Positions 10,322 through 19,031 of a DNA stretch of 64,000 nucleotides are shown one piece after another (position 1 is the stretch's first letter; the number at the start of each line of letters is the position of its first letter). The DNA is from a virus (taxonomy: Duplodnaviria > Caudoviricetes): IMG/VR virus record IMGVR_UViG_2934377003_000001, positions 13,687 to 77,686 of that record; one strand, given 5' to 3'. The translations under genes and the position numbers were made by a program. Under the pieces are notes generated by a model. It was not told where the DNA came from. It did no database searches and worked only from the letters and a program-made list of their open reading frames with translations.

Positions 10322-10540
10322 CTACGCCTTCGCCGGGGGCTTGGTCGTCTTGTCGCTGGCCGCCGCGGGGGTGGTGGACTGCCCGGACGGCTTGGGGGTG
10401 TCGACCGGCTTGGCGAAGCCCTTCCAGCGGTGGACCTCGTCGGCGGGAACCTCGATGAGGTCGCCGGGCTTCTGCGTGCCCCGGGGGAACGTCAGCCGCA
10501 TCTTCACGGTGTCGCCGTCAGCCATCGTCTGCTCCTTCAA
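10322..10540 (-). CDS. Small hypothetical protein in the virion module
   Basis: 72-aa ORF tightly packed in the head-tail operon. Confidence 0.6.
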   Translation of the reverse strand: MKEQTMADGDTVKMRLTFPRGTQKPGDLIEVPADEVHRWKGFAKPVDTPKPSGQSTTPAAASDKTTKPPAKA

Positions 10541-10876
10541 CTAGTGGTCGCCGCCAGCGGCGTCGAGCGCGTGCCCGAGGGTGTGATGCGGCAGATGAAT
10601 CCGCCTGCCGGTGCGGTCGGTCTGCCGCGTGCCGTACTCCACGTAGATCGAGTGGTCGGCATCCGCGTCGACGTGGACGGTGCCGTCGTCGTCGTGACCG
10701 TCGACGCGGTGGATCTTCGACCGGTACTCGCCGGTGTCCACCGGCGCGGTCGCCTGCCCGACGTCGACGACCCGCTCCATGCGCGCGCCGAGGTCGGCCT
10801 GTACTTCGTCGCTCACCGCCAGATCGCGGACGGCTTCGTCGTCGATGTTGACGGCGATCTCCACGCGGGTGGCCAT
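10541..10876 (-). CDS. HK97 gp10-like neck/tail completion protein
   Basis: APVDTGEYRSKI and YVEYGT motifs; ATG at 10876. Confidence 0.85.
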   Translation of the reverse strand: MATRVEIAVNIDDEAVRDLAVSDEVQADLGARMERVVDVGQATAPVDTGEYRSKIHRVDGHDDDGTVHVDADADHSIYVEYGTRQTDRTGRRIHLPHHTLGHALDAAGGDH

Positions 10877-11217
10877 TAGCCCGCCACCTCCCGCAGGTTG
10901 ACGACCTGCCCGGCCAGCGGCCCCGTCGCCTCCGGGTTCGACGGCACCCCGTCGACCTCCCAGATACGGCCCTGCCACGAGACCCGCATCCACTCCGTCA
11001 CCACGACCGGTGCACGCGGAGGCAGGTCGAGGCGTGCCGTGGTCACGGTCTGGTCGGCGGCGTTCTTCGTCTCCGTCGCGCCCGTGATGTCGACCGTGCA
11101 GCGCCCCACGACCGTCTCGGCGGCCTGCCCCCAGTCCCGGAACTGCTCGTTGTACGAGGCCGATACGAGCGGCGCGTCAAGGACGGTGACGGTCTGGCGT
11201 CCGATGTGGCCCGGCAT
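10876..11217 (-). CDS. Head-to-tail stopper
   Basis: DWG..., RVSWQGRIWEVDGVP; gene order. Confidence 0.75.
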   Translation of the reverse strand: MPGHIGRQTVTVLDAPLVSASYNEQFRDWGQAAETVVGRCTVDITGATETKNAADQTVTTARLDLPPRAPVVVTEWMRVSWQGRIWEVDGVPSNPEATGPLAGQVVNLREVAG

Positions 11218-11597
11218 CAGCCCTCCACCCACACGAAGCCGTGAAAATGGCCCGACGTGAGCAGGACGTCCGCCGCGGACTGCGTCAGCCGCGCCGAACT
11301 ACCCGCCGAGGACCCGTCCGCCGCAGACCGCCGCGTGAACGACCGCTGGCCCGTCGACATCGACGCCAGGTCGTCCTGGGCGCCGGTCTCGTCGTCGCGG
11401 TCCATCGCCCACTGCACCTGCTGCACGCAGGCCAGCGACAGCGTCGCCTGCACCTCGATGTCGTCGGCGTCGTATGCGAGGCCGTACAGCGCGCGGTCGA
11501 TCGCCGTGGACGCCCGCGTCAGCAGGCGCACAGCGTTCGCGGGGGCAGGCTCAGGGGCGAGCCACTCCTCCAGCGCGGCGACGGTCGCATACGGCAC
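11217..11597 (-). CDS. Head-to-tail adaptor
   Basis: PYATVAAL...LLTRASTAID; gene order. Confidence 0.75.
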   Translation of the reverse strand: MPYATVAALEEWLAPEPAPANAVRLLTRASTAIDRALYGLAYDADDIEVQATLSLACVQQVQWAMDRDDETGAQDDLASMSTGQRSFTRRSAADGSSAGSSARLTQSAADVLLTSGHFHGFVWVEG

Positions 11598-11600
11598 AGG

Positions 11601-11939
11601 TCAGCCCTCCGACGTCTCGGAGTCGGCGACCTTCACCCAGTCCTGCAGCTCGGTCTTCGTCGCGTCGGCCGCGTCCTCCTCGGACATGCCGAGCGACACG
11701 GCGTAGGCGCGCCAGTCGTCGACCTTGCTGTTGGCGTTCGGCCGCCGCGGGCCGTCGTCGGCAGGGCCGGGCTCGGTCTCGTTCTGCGGGTCGGCGGGCG
11801 GCTGCGCCTTCGGCTCGTCGGCCGGTACGCTGTCGGCGACCGGGACGAGGTGGCCCTTGCGGATCTGGTCCGCGATCTGCGGCGACACCGGCTCGTCCAG
11901 GTGCAGACGGAGCCCGCCCGACCCCACGTACTCGCCCAT
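11601..11939 (-). CDS. Hypothetical protein with a C-terminal helix-extension-helix-like motif
   Basis: PNANSKVDDWRAYAVSLG...ATKTELQD, a motif common downstream of actinophage capsid genes. Confidence 0.6.
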   Translation of the reverse strand: MGEYVGSGGLRLHLDEPVSPQIADQIRKGHLVPVADSVPADEPKAQPPADPQNETEPGPADDGPRRPNANSKVDDWRAYAVSLGMSEEDAADATKTELQDWVKVADSETSEG

Positions 11940-12313
11940 CAGTAGGCCTTGGGGAGCTTGAGGACGGTGATCGTGCCAGTCGTACCGGAGGCGAAGTCCA
12001 CGAAGAGCTTCGTGCCGGTCTGCTGGAACCGGGCCGACGTGAACGGGCCGATGTAGGAGACGCCGGTCTCCGACGCCACCGACACCGCCAGGTCACCCTG
12101 GCCGGCCATCCACGCCGTACCGTCCCCGGCCCGGACGGTGACGGTCTTGGCGCCGGTCGACGTGTTCGCGACCCGGAGCAGCGTCCGCTCCGGATCCGCT
12201 CCTTCGACGACGACACCGTTCGTGACGAGCGTCGGGTTGATCGTGGTCCCGGCCGGCTCGGCGAGGCCGCCGTTCGGAACGAGGCTGCTGTACGTGACTG
12301 CTGTGCGAGGCAT
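11939..12313 (-). CDS. Probable capsid decoration / minor capsid protein
   Basis: Beta-rich ~124-aa ORF directly after the major capsid gene. Confidence 0.55.
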   Translation of the reverse strand: MPRTAVTYSSLVPNGGLAEPAGTTINPTLVTNGVVVEGADPERTLLRVANTSTGAKTVTVRAGDGTAWMAGQGDLAVSVASETGVSYIGPFTSARFQQTGTKLFVDFASGTTGTITVLKLPKAY

Positions 12314-12367
12314 GGGAGGACTCCCGGGGTCAGGATCGGATGCGGCGACGAGGATCACGCCGGGAGA

Positions 12368-13225
12368 TCACGCAGGGTCGATGAACGCGACCGCGATACC
12401 GGTCGGCCGCAGGAGCTTCGCGCCGTACACGTGCAGGCCACGGATCGCGTCCGCGATCGTGTTCTGCAGACGCAGCGCCTCGGTCTCGAGGATCTGCTCG
12501 GCGTAGGTGATCGCGCCTGGGTAGCCGGCCTGGACGACCTGGATGTCGCCGGTCGGGTTGGGGGTGTTGTTCGATTCGAGGATGTCGAAGCCAGCAGCCC
12601 GGCCGACGAAGCCGTTGCGGAGTCCCTCGGTGGTGCCGGAGGCGTCCGCCCGGACGAACCGGTCGTCGTTGAGCATGGAGCCGATGAACTCCGGGCTACC
12701 GACCACGTAGCGGCCTTCGGTGGGGACGTTGGCCCGGTTGAGCTTGGTGCGCAGCGGCACGAGCACCTTGGAGTAGGCGTCCGTCGGCGCGGTGAACGTG
12801 TTGATCGGGGCGCCCGTGGAGCCGAGCGTGTTCGCCGAGGCGACTCCGGTGTACAGGTTCGCGACGAACGCGTCGGCCTTGTCGCGCAGCCCGTAGGCCG
12901 CGTTCTGGGCCATCTTCACCATGGGGTTGAGGAGGGCCTGCGCCTTGTCGACGTCGTCGAGGCGGAACGCGAACGCCTTCGCCTGGTCGATGATCAGGTC
13001 CGTGCCCGCGGTCTCGACTTCCTCGTAGTTGAGGTTCGCCGACTTGTCGTAGTCGAAGATCGTCGGGTCGCCGATGCTGGTGATGTGCACCGACTGGCCC
13101 TGCGTGGAGATCTCGCCCTCGTAGTCGCGGTTCACCAGCTGCGGCTGGGCGTAGACGAGGGCGTTCTCCAGTGCGTCGAGGAGCTGGGCGGACCAGATCT
13201 CCGGCTTGAAGTTGTTGATCGACAA
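12368..13225 (-). CDS. Major capsid protein (P22 coat-like)
   Basis: NNFKPEIWSAQLL, VNRDYEGEI and GLHVYGAKLLRP; TTG start after a GGAG RBS. Confidence 0.92.
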   Translation of the reverse strand: MSINNFKPEIWSAQLLDALENALVYAQPQLVNRDYEGEISTQGQSVHITSIGDPTIFDYDKSANLNYEEVETAGTDLIIDQAKAFAFRLDDVDKAQALLNPMVKMAQNAAYGLRDKADAFVANLYTGVASANTLGSTGAPINTFTAPTDAYSKVLVPLRTKLNRANVPTEGRYVVGSPEFIGSMLNDDRFVRADASGTTEGLRNGFVGRAAGFDILESNNTPNPTGDIQVVQAGYPGAITYAEQILETEALRLQNTIADAIRGLHVYGAKLLRPTGIAVAFIDPA

Positions 13226-13245
13226 CGGAGGCTCCTAGGGAGGCA

Positions 13246-14034
13246 TCAGCCGCTGCCGAGGTAGGCGTTGAGCCTGCCCTCCTGCACGGCCTGAGTGATC
13301 TGCTTCGGGGTCATGCGCGCCACGTCCGCCGCTCCCAGCTGCCGCTTGCCGCCCGCTGCTCCGCCCATGTCCGCGCCGCCCGCAGGGGTCTCCGGCTTCT
13401 TCGGCTCGGGCGCCTTGGCCGCGAGCTTCGCGTTGCCGTCGACCGCCGCCTTCACGGCCTCGCCGACCTTCGCGTCGAAGTCGGCCGCGGTCGGGTCGAG
13501 TTTCGCGATGGCGTTGGCGAAGGAGCGTGAGTCGAGCAGGGCGTCGGGGTCGCCGCCGTGCTTTCCGGCGGTCTTGTAAACGGCGAGCTCCACCTGCGTC
13601 TGGCGGGCGCGATCGTCGGACGCCTTGGTCCGGGTCTGCTCCTCTTCCAGCTGCTGGGCGAGCTCTTCGGGGGTGGGCGGCTTGGCCTCGTCGGTGGTGA
13701 CGCCGAAGATCCCGGCCAGCTTCTTCATGAAGTCGGCCTGGTCGTCGGTGGCTTTCTTCTCTGCGGCCTGACGCTTCTGCTTCTCGGCTTCGACGTCGCC
13801 GCGGAGGTTCTCGACGAGCTTCTCGAACCGGGCAGGGTCGAAGTCGCCTTCGAACTTGGGCGCCTTGGCCTTGGGTTCGACGGTCGGCTCGGCGGACGGT
13901 GCCGGATCGGGAGGTGTGGCGGGTGCGGCCGGCGCTGGCGGCGTCGGTGCGGGGGCGCCTTCGGGTACGGGCGGGGTGGCCGGCTGGTTGCTCGGGTCCG
14001 CGGGCGTGCTCTGGGGCTGGGCGGGGGTCGTCAT
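13246..14034 (-). CDS. Capsid scaffolding protein
   Basis: Pro-rich N-terminus, coiled coil, DALLDSRSF; immediately upstream of the capsid gene. Confidence 0.85.
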   Translation of the reverse strand: MTTPAQPQSTPADPSNQPATPPVPEGAPAPTPPAPAAPATPPDPAPSAEPTVEPKAKAPKFEGDFDPARFEKLVENLRGDVEAEKQKRQAAEKKATDDQADFMKKLAGIFGVTTDEAKPPTPEELAQQLEEEQTRTKASDDRARQTQVELAVYKTAGKHGGDPDALLDSRSFANAIAKLDPTAADFDAKVGEAVKAAVDGNAKLAAKAPEPKKPETPAGGADMGGAAGGKRQLGAADVARMTPKQITQAVQEGRLNAYLGSG

Positions 14035-14190
14035 CTGCGGTGCCTCCTCGGGCGGCCTGCGCGGTGTGGGCGATGCCTTGATCGCTCCGCGTTAGCCCAG
14101 ATGTTAACCCTGAACCCACCACCATGCTGCACAATCAAAGGCAAGAAGGCAAGAACACCTTACGATCGAAGGCTCGAAGGGGGTGGTGGG

Positions 14191-15054
14191 ATGGACACCG
14201 GACAGGCCGCAAACCAAGCACAACAGCAATCCGAACGGCAGCGCGCCCACGAGCAGCGCGCCATCGCCGCCGCAACCCAAGCCCTCGCCCAAGCCCTCAC
14301 CGACGCCCAGAACAGCGCCCTCACCCGCTGGATCCGCGAAACCGTCACCCGCCGCATCCCCGAGAAACTCGCCGAGTTCACCGCCTGGGTTCGCGCCCTC
14401 ATCGGCCGCGCCTTCACCGGCAAGGGCCGCCATGCCCAAACCGTCGCCGAACACGCCGCCCACACCGCAGCCCAAAACAGCGCACAACACGCTGCCGGAA
14501 TTGCCGCCGCCCTCCGAGGCCAGCCCACCCCACCCGTCCAAGCTCAGCCCGGAGACGACGCGCTCGCCGCCGCCGCCAGCATCCCCGCCGCCGTCGACGA
14601 AGAACACGGCCACACGCTCGCACTCCTCACCACCGCCGGACTCACCGCCATGGGCCTCGCCGGGCTGACCGCCGCCTTCACCCGGGCCCGGCGCGCCATC
14701 GGCCGCATCGCGCGCGCCACCGCCACCGCCATCGGCACAGCAGCCGCACACGCCGCCCAACTCGTCGCCCACACCATCAGCCCGAACACCCGCCTCCTGT
14801 GGGTCGCCGAACCCGACGCCTGCCCCGCCTGCCCCGCCTACTCCGGCCACCACATCCGCCGCGGCGGCCGATTCCCCGGCGGCCTCACCCTCGACCCCCG
14901 CCGCCGCGCCGTATTCCCCACCGCCATCCCCGCACCACCCCGGCACCCCCACTGCCGCTGCGTCTTGATCCCCTGGTCGGCCGCCTGGCCGGCCACCGGA
15001 ACGCCCCTGCCCACCCTGCTGCGCCAGCGCGCACGCACCGCCCGGAGGACCTGA
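14191..15054 (+). CDS. MuF-like minor capsid / head morphogenesis protein
   Basis: WVAEPDACPAC...PPRHPHCRCVL C-terminal MuF motif. Confidence 0.75.
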   Translation: MDTGQAANQAQQQSERQRAHEQRAIAAATQALAQALTDAQNSALTRWIRETVTRRIPEKLAEFTAWVRALIGRAFTGKGRHAQTVAEHAAHTAAQNSAQHAAGIAAALRGQPTPPVQAQPGDDALAAAASIPAAVDEEHGHTLALLTTAGLTAMGLAGLTAAFTRARRAIGRIARATATAIGTAAAHAAQLVAHTISPNTRLLWVAEPDACPACPAYSGHHIRRGGRFPGGLTLDPRRRAVFPTAIPAPPRHPHCRCVLIPWSAAWPATGTPLPTLLRQRARTARRT

Positions 15055-15569
15055 TGCCGAAAGACATCATGACCGAAGACAAGTGGCCCAAGCTGCGGGA
15101 ACTTCACGCCCTCGGCATGGGCCGCAACGAGATCAGCCGCGAGATGGGCATCACGAACTCGGTGATCTCCCGCACTGCCGCGCACATTGGGCTGACGTTC
15201 GACCGGTCGAAGATCCGGGCTGCGTCCGAGGCGCGCGCTGCCGACCTTGAGGAGCGCCGCTCTCTGATCGCCGAGCAGTTCATGGCGGTCGCTGAAGATT
15301 CACTGCGCCGCATCTACGAGCCGACCACCGTGTTCTCCTTCGGCGGCAAGGACAACGACTACAACGAGCACGAGTTCCCCGAGGCTCCGAACGCGGACCG
15401 CAAGGCCCTCATCACCGCGGCGGCGATCGCCGTGGACAAGGTGCTCAAGCTGGTGCCGCCGGCCGAGGCATCCGGGCTGGACTCGGCGAAGAGCATGCTG
15501 GGGTCGCTCGGGGATGCCCTTGCCCGGTATTCGCGGGAGCAGGACGAGACCGAGGACGACGAGGCGTAG
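15054..15569 (+). CDS. Terminase small subunit (HTH)
   Basis: LRELHALGMGRNEISREMG HTH; directly upstream of the large subunit. Confidence 0.8.
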   Translation: MPKDIMTEDKWPKLRELHALGMGRNEISREMGITNSVISRTAAHIGLTFDRSKIRAASEARAADLEERRSLIAEQFMAVAEDSLRRIYEPTTVFSFGGKDNDYNEHEFPEAPNADRKALITAAAIAVDKVLKLVPPAEASGLDSAKSMLGSLGDALARYSREQDETEDDEA

Positions 15570-15571
15570 CC

Positions 15572-16822
15572 GTGCTCGACTCCCTGCCCTTGTCCCGGAA
15601 GCAGATCAGGTCTGTCGCCGAGTCGACGACCAAGATTTCCTGCTGGGAGGGGGCGATTCGGTCGGGGAAGACGATCGCTTCGCTGCTCAAGTGGTTGATC
15701 TTCATTGCGGATGCGCCGACGACGGGCGAACTCGTGATGATCGGCAAGACGTCGCAGACGATTCACCGCAACCTTTTCCTGCCTATGCAGGATCCGGCCC
15801 TGTTCGGAGAGATCGCCCACCACGTCCACTACACGCCGGGCGCGCCAACGGCGATCATTCTGGGCCGGGTGGTGCACGTCATCGGCGCCAACGACGCGAA
15901 GAGCGAACCGAAGATCCGCGGCATGACGGTGTGCGGCGCCTACGTCGACGAGGTCACTCTCGTCCCGCAGATCTTCTTCGAGCAGCTCTACGGCCGCATG
16001 TCGGTACGCGGCGCCCAACTGCTGTGCACCACCAACCCGGACAACCCCGCGCACTGGTTCATGCGGGACTGGCTGTCCCAGGCCGGGAAGAAGCCCGTGT
16101 CCCGGTTCAGCTTCACCATCGACGACAACCCGTTCCTCGACGAGGACTACGTCGCCGACATGAAAGCCTCCCACGAGGGCCTGTTCTACCGGCGGTTCAT
16201 CCTCGGGGAGTGGGTCGCCGCAGAGGGCGCGATCTACGACTCGTGGGACCGCGACCGGCACATCGTCACAGCCCTCCCCCGAGACGGCATCCACAAGTGG
16301 ATCAGCCTCGGCGTCGACTACGGCACCAGCAACCCGTTCCACGCTGTCCTCCTCGGCCTCGGCCGGGACCGTCGCCTGTACGCGGCGGCGGAGTGGCGGT
16401 ACGAGGCGCGGCAGACGAAGAAGCAGCTCACCGACACCGAGTACTCGGCCCGCCTCCGCGGCTGGCTCGGCGAGGTACCCGGGATCGGCGCCGTTCGGCC
16501 CCAGTTCATCACCGTCGACCCCAGCGCCGCCAGCTTCGTCACCCAGCTGAAGCGGGACAAGCTCACCCCGACGCCGGCGAAGAACGACGTCATGGACGGC
16601 ATCCGTGTCGTCTCCAGCCTGCTCGCCTCGAACAAGCTCCTCGTCCACGAGTCCTGCAAGGCGCTGATCCAGGAGATCGGCGGCTACAGCTGGGACGACA
16701 AGGCCGCCCTGCGCGGCGAGGAGCAGCCACTCAAGGTCGCCGACCATGGCGTCGACGCCCTCCGCTACGGAATCTTCACCACCCGCCCCCTGTGGCAGCG
16801 CCAGCTCGCCCTCGCAGCCTAG
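15572..16822 (+). CDS. terL: Terminase large subunit (PBSX-like)
   Basis: Walker A GAIRSGKT, Walker B YVDE, TTNP, GVDYG, VDPSA, DHGVDALRY. Confidence 0.97.
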   Translation: MLDSLPLSRKQIRSVAESTTKISCWEGAIRSGKTIASLLKWLIFIADAPTTGELVMIGKTSQTIHRNLFLPMQDPALFGEIAHHVHYTPGAPTAIILGRVVHVIGANDAKSEPKIRGMTVCGAYVDEVTLVPQIFFEQLYGRMSVRGAQLLCTTNPDNPAHWFMRDWLSQAGKKPVSRFSFTIDDNPFLDEDYVADMKASHEGLFYRRFILGEWVAAEGAIYDSWDRDRHIVTALPRDGIHKWISLGVDYGTSNPFHAVLLGLGRDRRLYAAAEWRYEARQTKKQLTDTEYSARLRGWLGEVPGIGAVRPQFITVDPSAASFVTQLKRDKLTPTPAKNDVMDGIRVVSSLLASNKLLVHESCKALIQEIGGYSWDDKAALRGEEQPLKVADHGVDALRYGIFTTRPLWQRQLALAA

Positions 16823-16835
16823 AAGGAGATCCGTC

Positions 16836-18521
16836 ATGCCGCTGCCCCCGTCTGGTAACACGTCGTGGCCGCCGCCCGCCTTGGAGATTCCGCACGCCGA
16901 CATGGATATGTGGCGGGCCTGGTACTCCGGCAACACCGATCACCTGGCGGCGGTGTATGGCGGGCCGGCGAATTACCGCAACAACCAGGTGGCCCGCGCG
17001 TTCTTCGAGGTGGATCAGCGGCGCGCCGGGTCGGGTGAGTTGCGGACGTTTTGGGGTGCGGAGGTGACGCCGGGCCAGCAGTCGGCGAAGCTGCATGTGC
17101 CGATCGGCGCGGACATTGCGGAGCTGTCGGCGGATCTGTTGTGGGCGGATGTGCCGACGGTGACGGTGGACGCCGACTCGACGGATGCGGTGACGGCGAA
17201 GTCGACGGCGGCGCAGATCGGCCGGTATCTGGATGATCGTGGGCATGCGCGGATGCGGGAGGCGGCGGAGCTGACGGCCGGCCTGTCCAACGTGTACCTG
17301 CGGGTGGTGTGGGACACGTCGTTGCGTCCGCGGCCGTGGACGGATGTGATTCAGCCTGAGGCGGTGGTGCCGACGTGGCGGTGGGGTGAGTTGGCGGAGG
17401 CGATCGTGTGGCGGGAGCTGGCTCCGCTGGAGGACGGGTCGAAGGTGTGGCGGCTGCTGGAGCATCACACGGCGGGTGTGATCGAGTACGGCCTGTATGA
17501 GGGCGGTGTGGGGACGCTGGGGATGCGCGCGGACAGTCTGGGCGCGCATCCGGACACGGAGTATCTGGTGGCGCGCACGGATGCGCAGGGCAGGCAGGCG
17601 ACGGGCGTCGACCGGCTGCTGATCACGCATCTGCCGAATGTGCTGCCGAACCGGGTGTGGGATGGCGTGCCGAATACGGCGCCGTTGGGCCGGTCGGATC
17701 TGTCGGGGGTGGAGCCGCTGATGGATTCGCTGGATGAGACGTGGTCGTCGTGGATGCGTGACCTGCGGCTCGGGAAGGCGCGGCTGCTGATCCCGCAGAC
17801 GATGCTCGACTCCGACGGCCCCGGCACGGGCGGCCTCTTCAACCTCGAGCAGGAAGTGCGGGTTGCCCTGTCGGGGCTGCTGGGCGGCGAGACGATGAGG
17901 GACTCGATCAGCGAGATCCAGTTCAAGATCCGGGTGGAGGAGCATGAGCAGACGTCGAAGGCGCTGCGTCTGCAGATCATGTCGTCTGCCGGGTATAGCG
18001 CGCAGCATTTCGGGGAGGCGGGGGCGGTCGCGGCGACGGCGACGGAGGTCGCGGCCCGTAAGGAGGAGTCGCTGACGACGCGTGGGACGAAGTTGCTGTA
18101 TCAGCGGCCGGCACTGCTGGATCATTTGACGGTGATGATGATGGTTGATGTCCGGCACTGCGGTGCGAAGGGTGTGGATCCGGCGGCGGAGTTGACGGCG
18201 TCTTGGCCGCAGGCTGTGCAGCCGGATCAGGAGGCGACGGCGCGCACCCTGTCGCTATTGGACGCGGCGGGGGCGATCTCGACGTTCATGAAGGTGAAGT
18301 GGCGGTCGCCGGAGTTGGATGACGCGGAGGTGGCGGCGGAGGTGGCGCGGATCCGCGCGGACAAGCAGTCTGCGACCCCGGCCGGGGACCCGTTCAACAC
18401 CGGTGGGCGGCCGGGCGAGCCGGGCGACGAGAGCGCGGAGAGCGATGACGTCGAGGCCGGCGCGGATGAGGGCTTGGACGACGAGGAAGACGACGACGGG
18501 GCGGGGTTGAGGGCGGCGTGA
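16836..18521 (+). CDS. Portal protein (SPP1 gp6/A118-like)
   Basis: About 560 aa after terL; LGRSDL, LMDSLDETWS and TATEV motifs. Confidence 0.9.
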   Translation: MPLPPSGNTSWPPPALEIPHADMDMWRAWYSGNTDHLAAVYGGPANYRNNQVARAFFEVDQRRAGSGELRTFWGAEVTPGQQSAKLHVPIGADIAELSADLLWADVPTVTVDADSTDAVTAKSTAAQIGRYLDDRGHARMREAAELTAGLSNVYLRVVWDTSLRPRPWTDVIQPEAVVPTWRWGELAEAIVWRELAPLEDGSKVWRLLEHHTAGVIEYGLYEGGVGTLGMRADSLGAHPDTEYLVARTDAQGRQATGVDRLLITHLPNVLPNRVWDGVPNTAPLGRSDLSGVEPLMDSLDETWSSWMRDLRLGKARLLIPQTMLDSDGPGTGGLFNLEQEVRVALSGLLGGETMRDSISEIQFKIRVEEHEQTSKALRLQIMSSAGYSAQHFGEAGAVAATATEVAARKEESLTTRGTKLLYQRPALLDHLTVMMMVDVRHCGAKGVDPAAELTASWPQAVQPDQEATARTLSLLDAAGAISTFMKVKWRSPELDDAEVAAEVARIRADKQSATPAGDPFNTGGRPGEPGDESAESDDVEAGADEGLDDEEDDDGAGLRAA

Positions 18522-18773
18522 GGCGCACACTGGTCGCATGACCACAGCGAGCGGATACGAGCCCGGTCAGTGCAGTGCCGCGTGCCACCGGGTGAGGTAC
18601 TCGTCTGTCCTGCTGCGTCGGGGGTTTCGGCGGCGGGTCCATGCGGTGCGGGATGCTCACCTGGGTGTGGACTTGTGCGTCGGCGAGTCAAGTGAGTTCG
18701 TGCAGCGGCGGACCGTGACGCTCAACGGCTGGGAGCGGATGGAGCGGTTGGTGGGCGGGGGCTTGCGCGGGGC

Positions 18774-18941
18774 TTAGCGGCGGCGGGTTCGTTTCCGTGC
18801 GGGGAGCCGACGGTAGCGGGTCACTGGCCCGCCTTTCGTGGCGTGGGCCTTCGCCCTGGCGTAGCGCCGGAGTCGGGGGTTCGCGAAGAACAGCTTCCAC
18901 TGGGCGCGGCTCTTGAAGCCGGTGTGTCGTCGTCCGGGCAT
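18774..18941 (-). CDS. Small, highly basic hypothetical protein
   Basis: GFKSRAQWKLFFANP; Arg-rich; RBS GGAGGTGA. Confidence 0.65.
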   Translation of the reverse strand: MPGRRHTGFKSRAQWKLFFANPRLRRYARAKAHATKGGPVTRYRRLPARKRTRRR

Positions 18942-19031
18942 GGGGTCACCTCCTTCCGGTGCTTCCCGTACAGTCTGCCCGCGCATGCCTGAGGGCCCGC
19001 ACTGGTCTGGTGCGGGCCCTCGGCGGTGGGG

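Noticed and set aside
14035-18780. Recombinase-driven invertible segment explaining the reversed packaging genes
   Set aside because: No flanking inverted repeats or invertase seen, and the gene order is not a simple inversion
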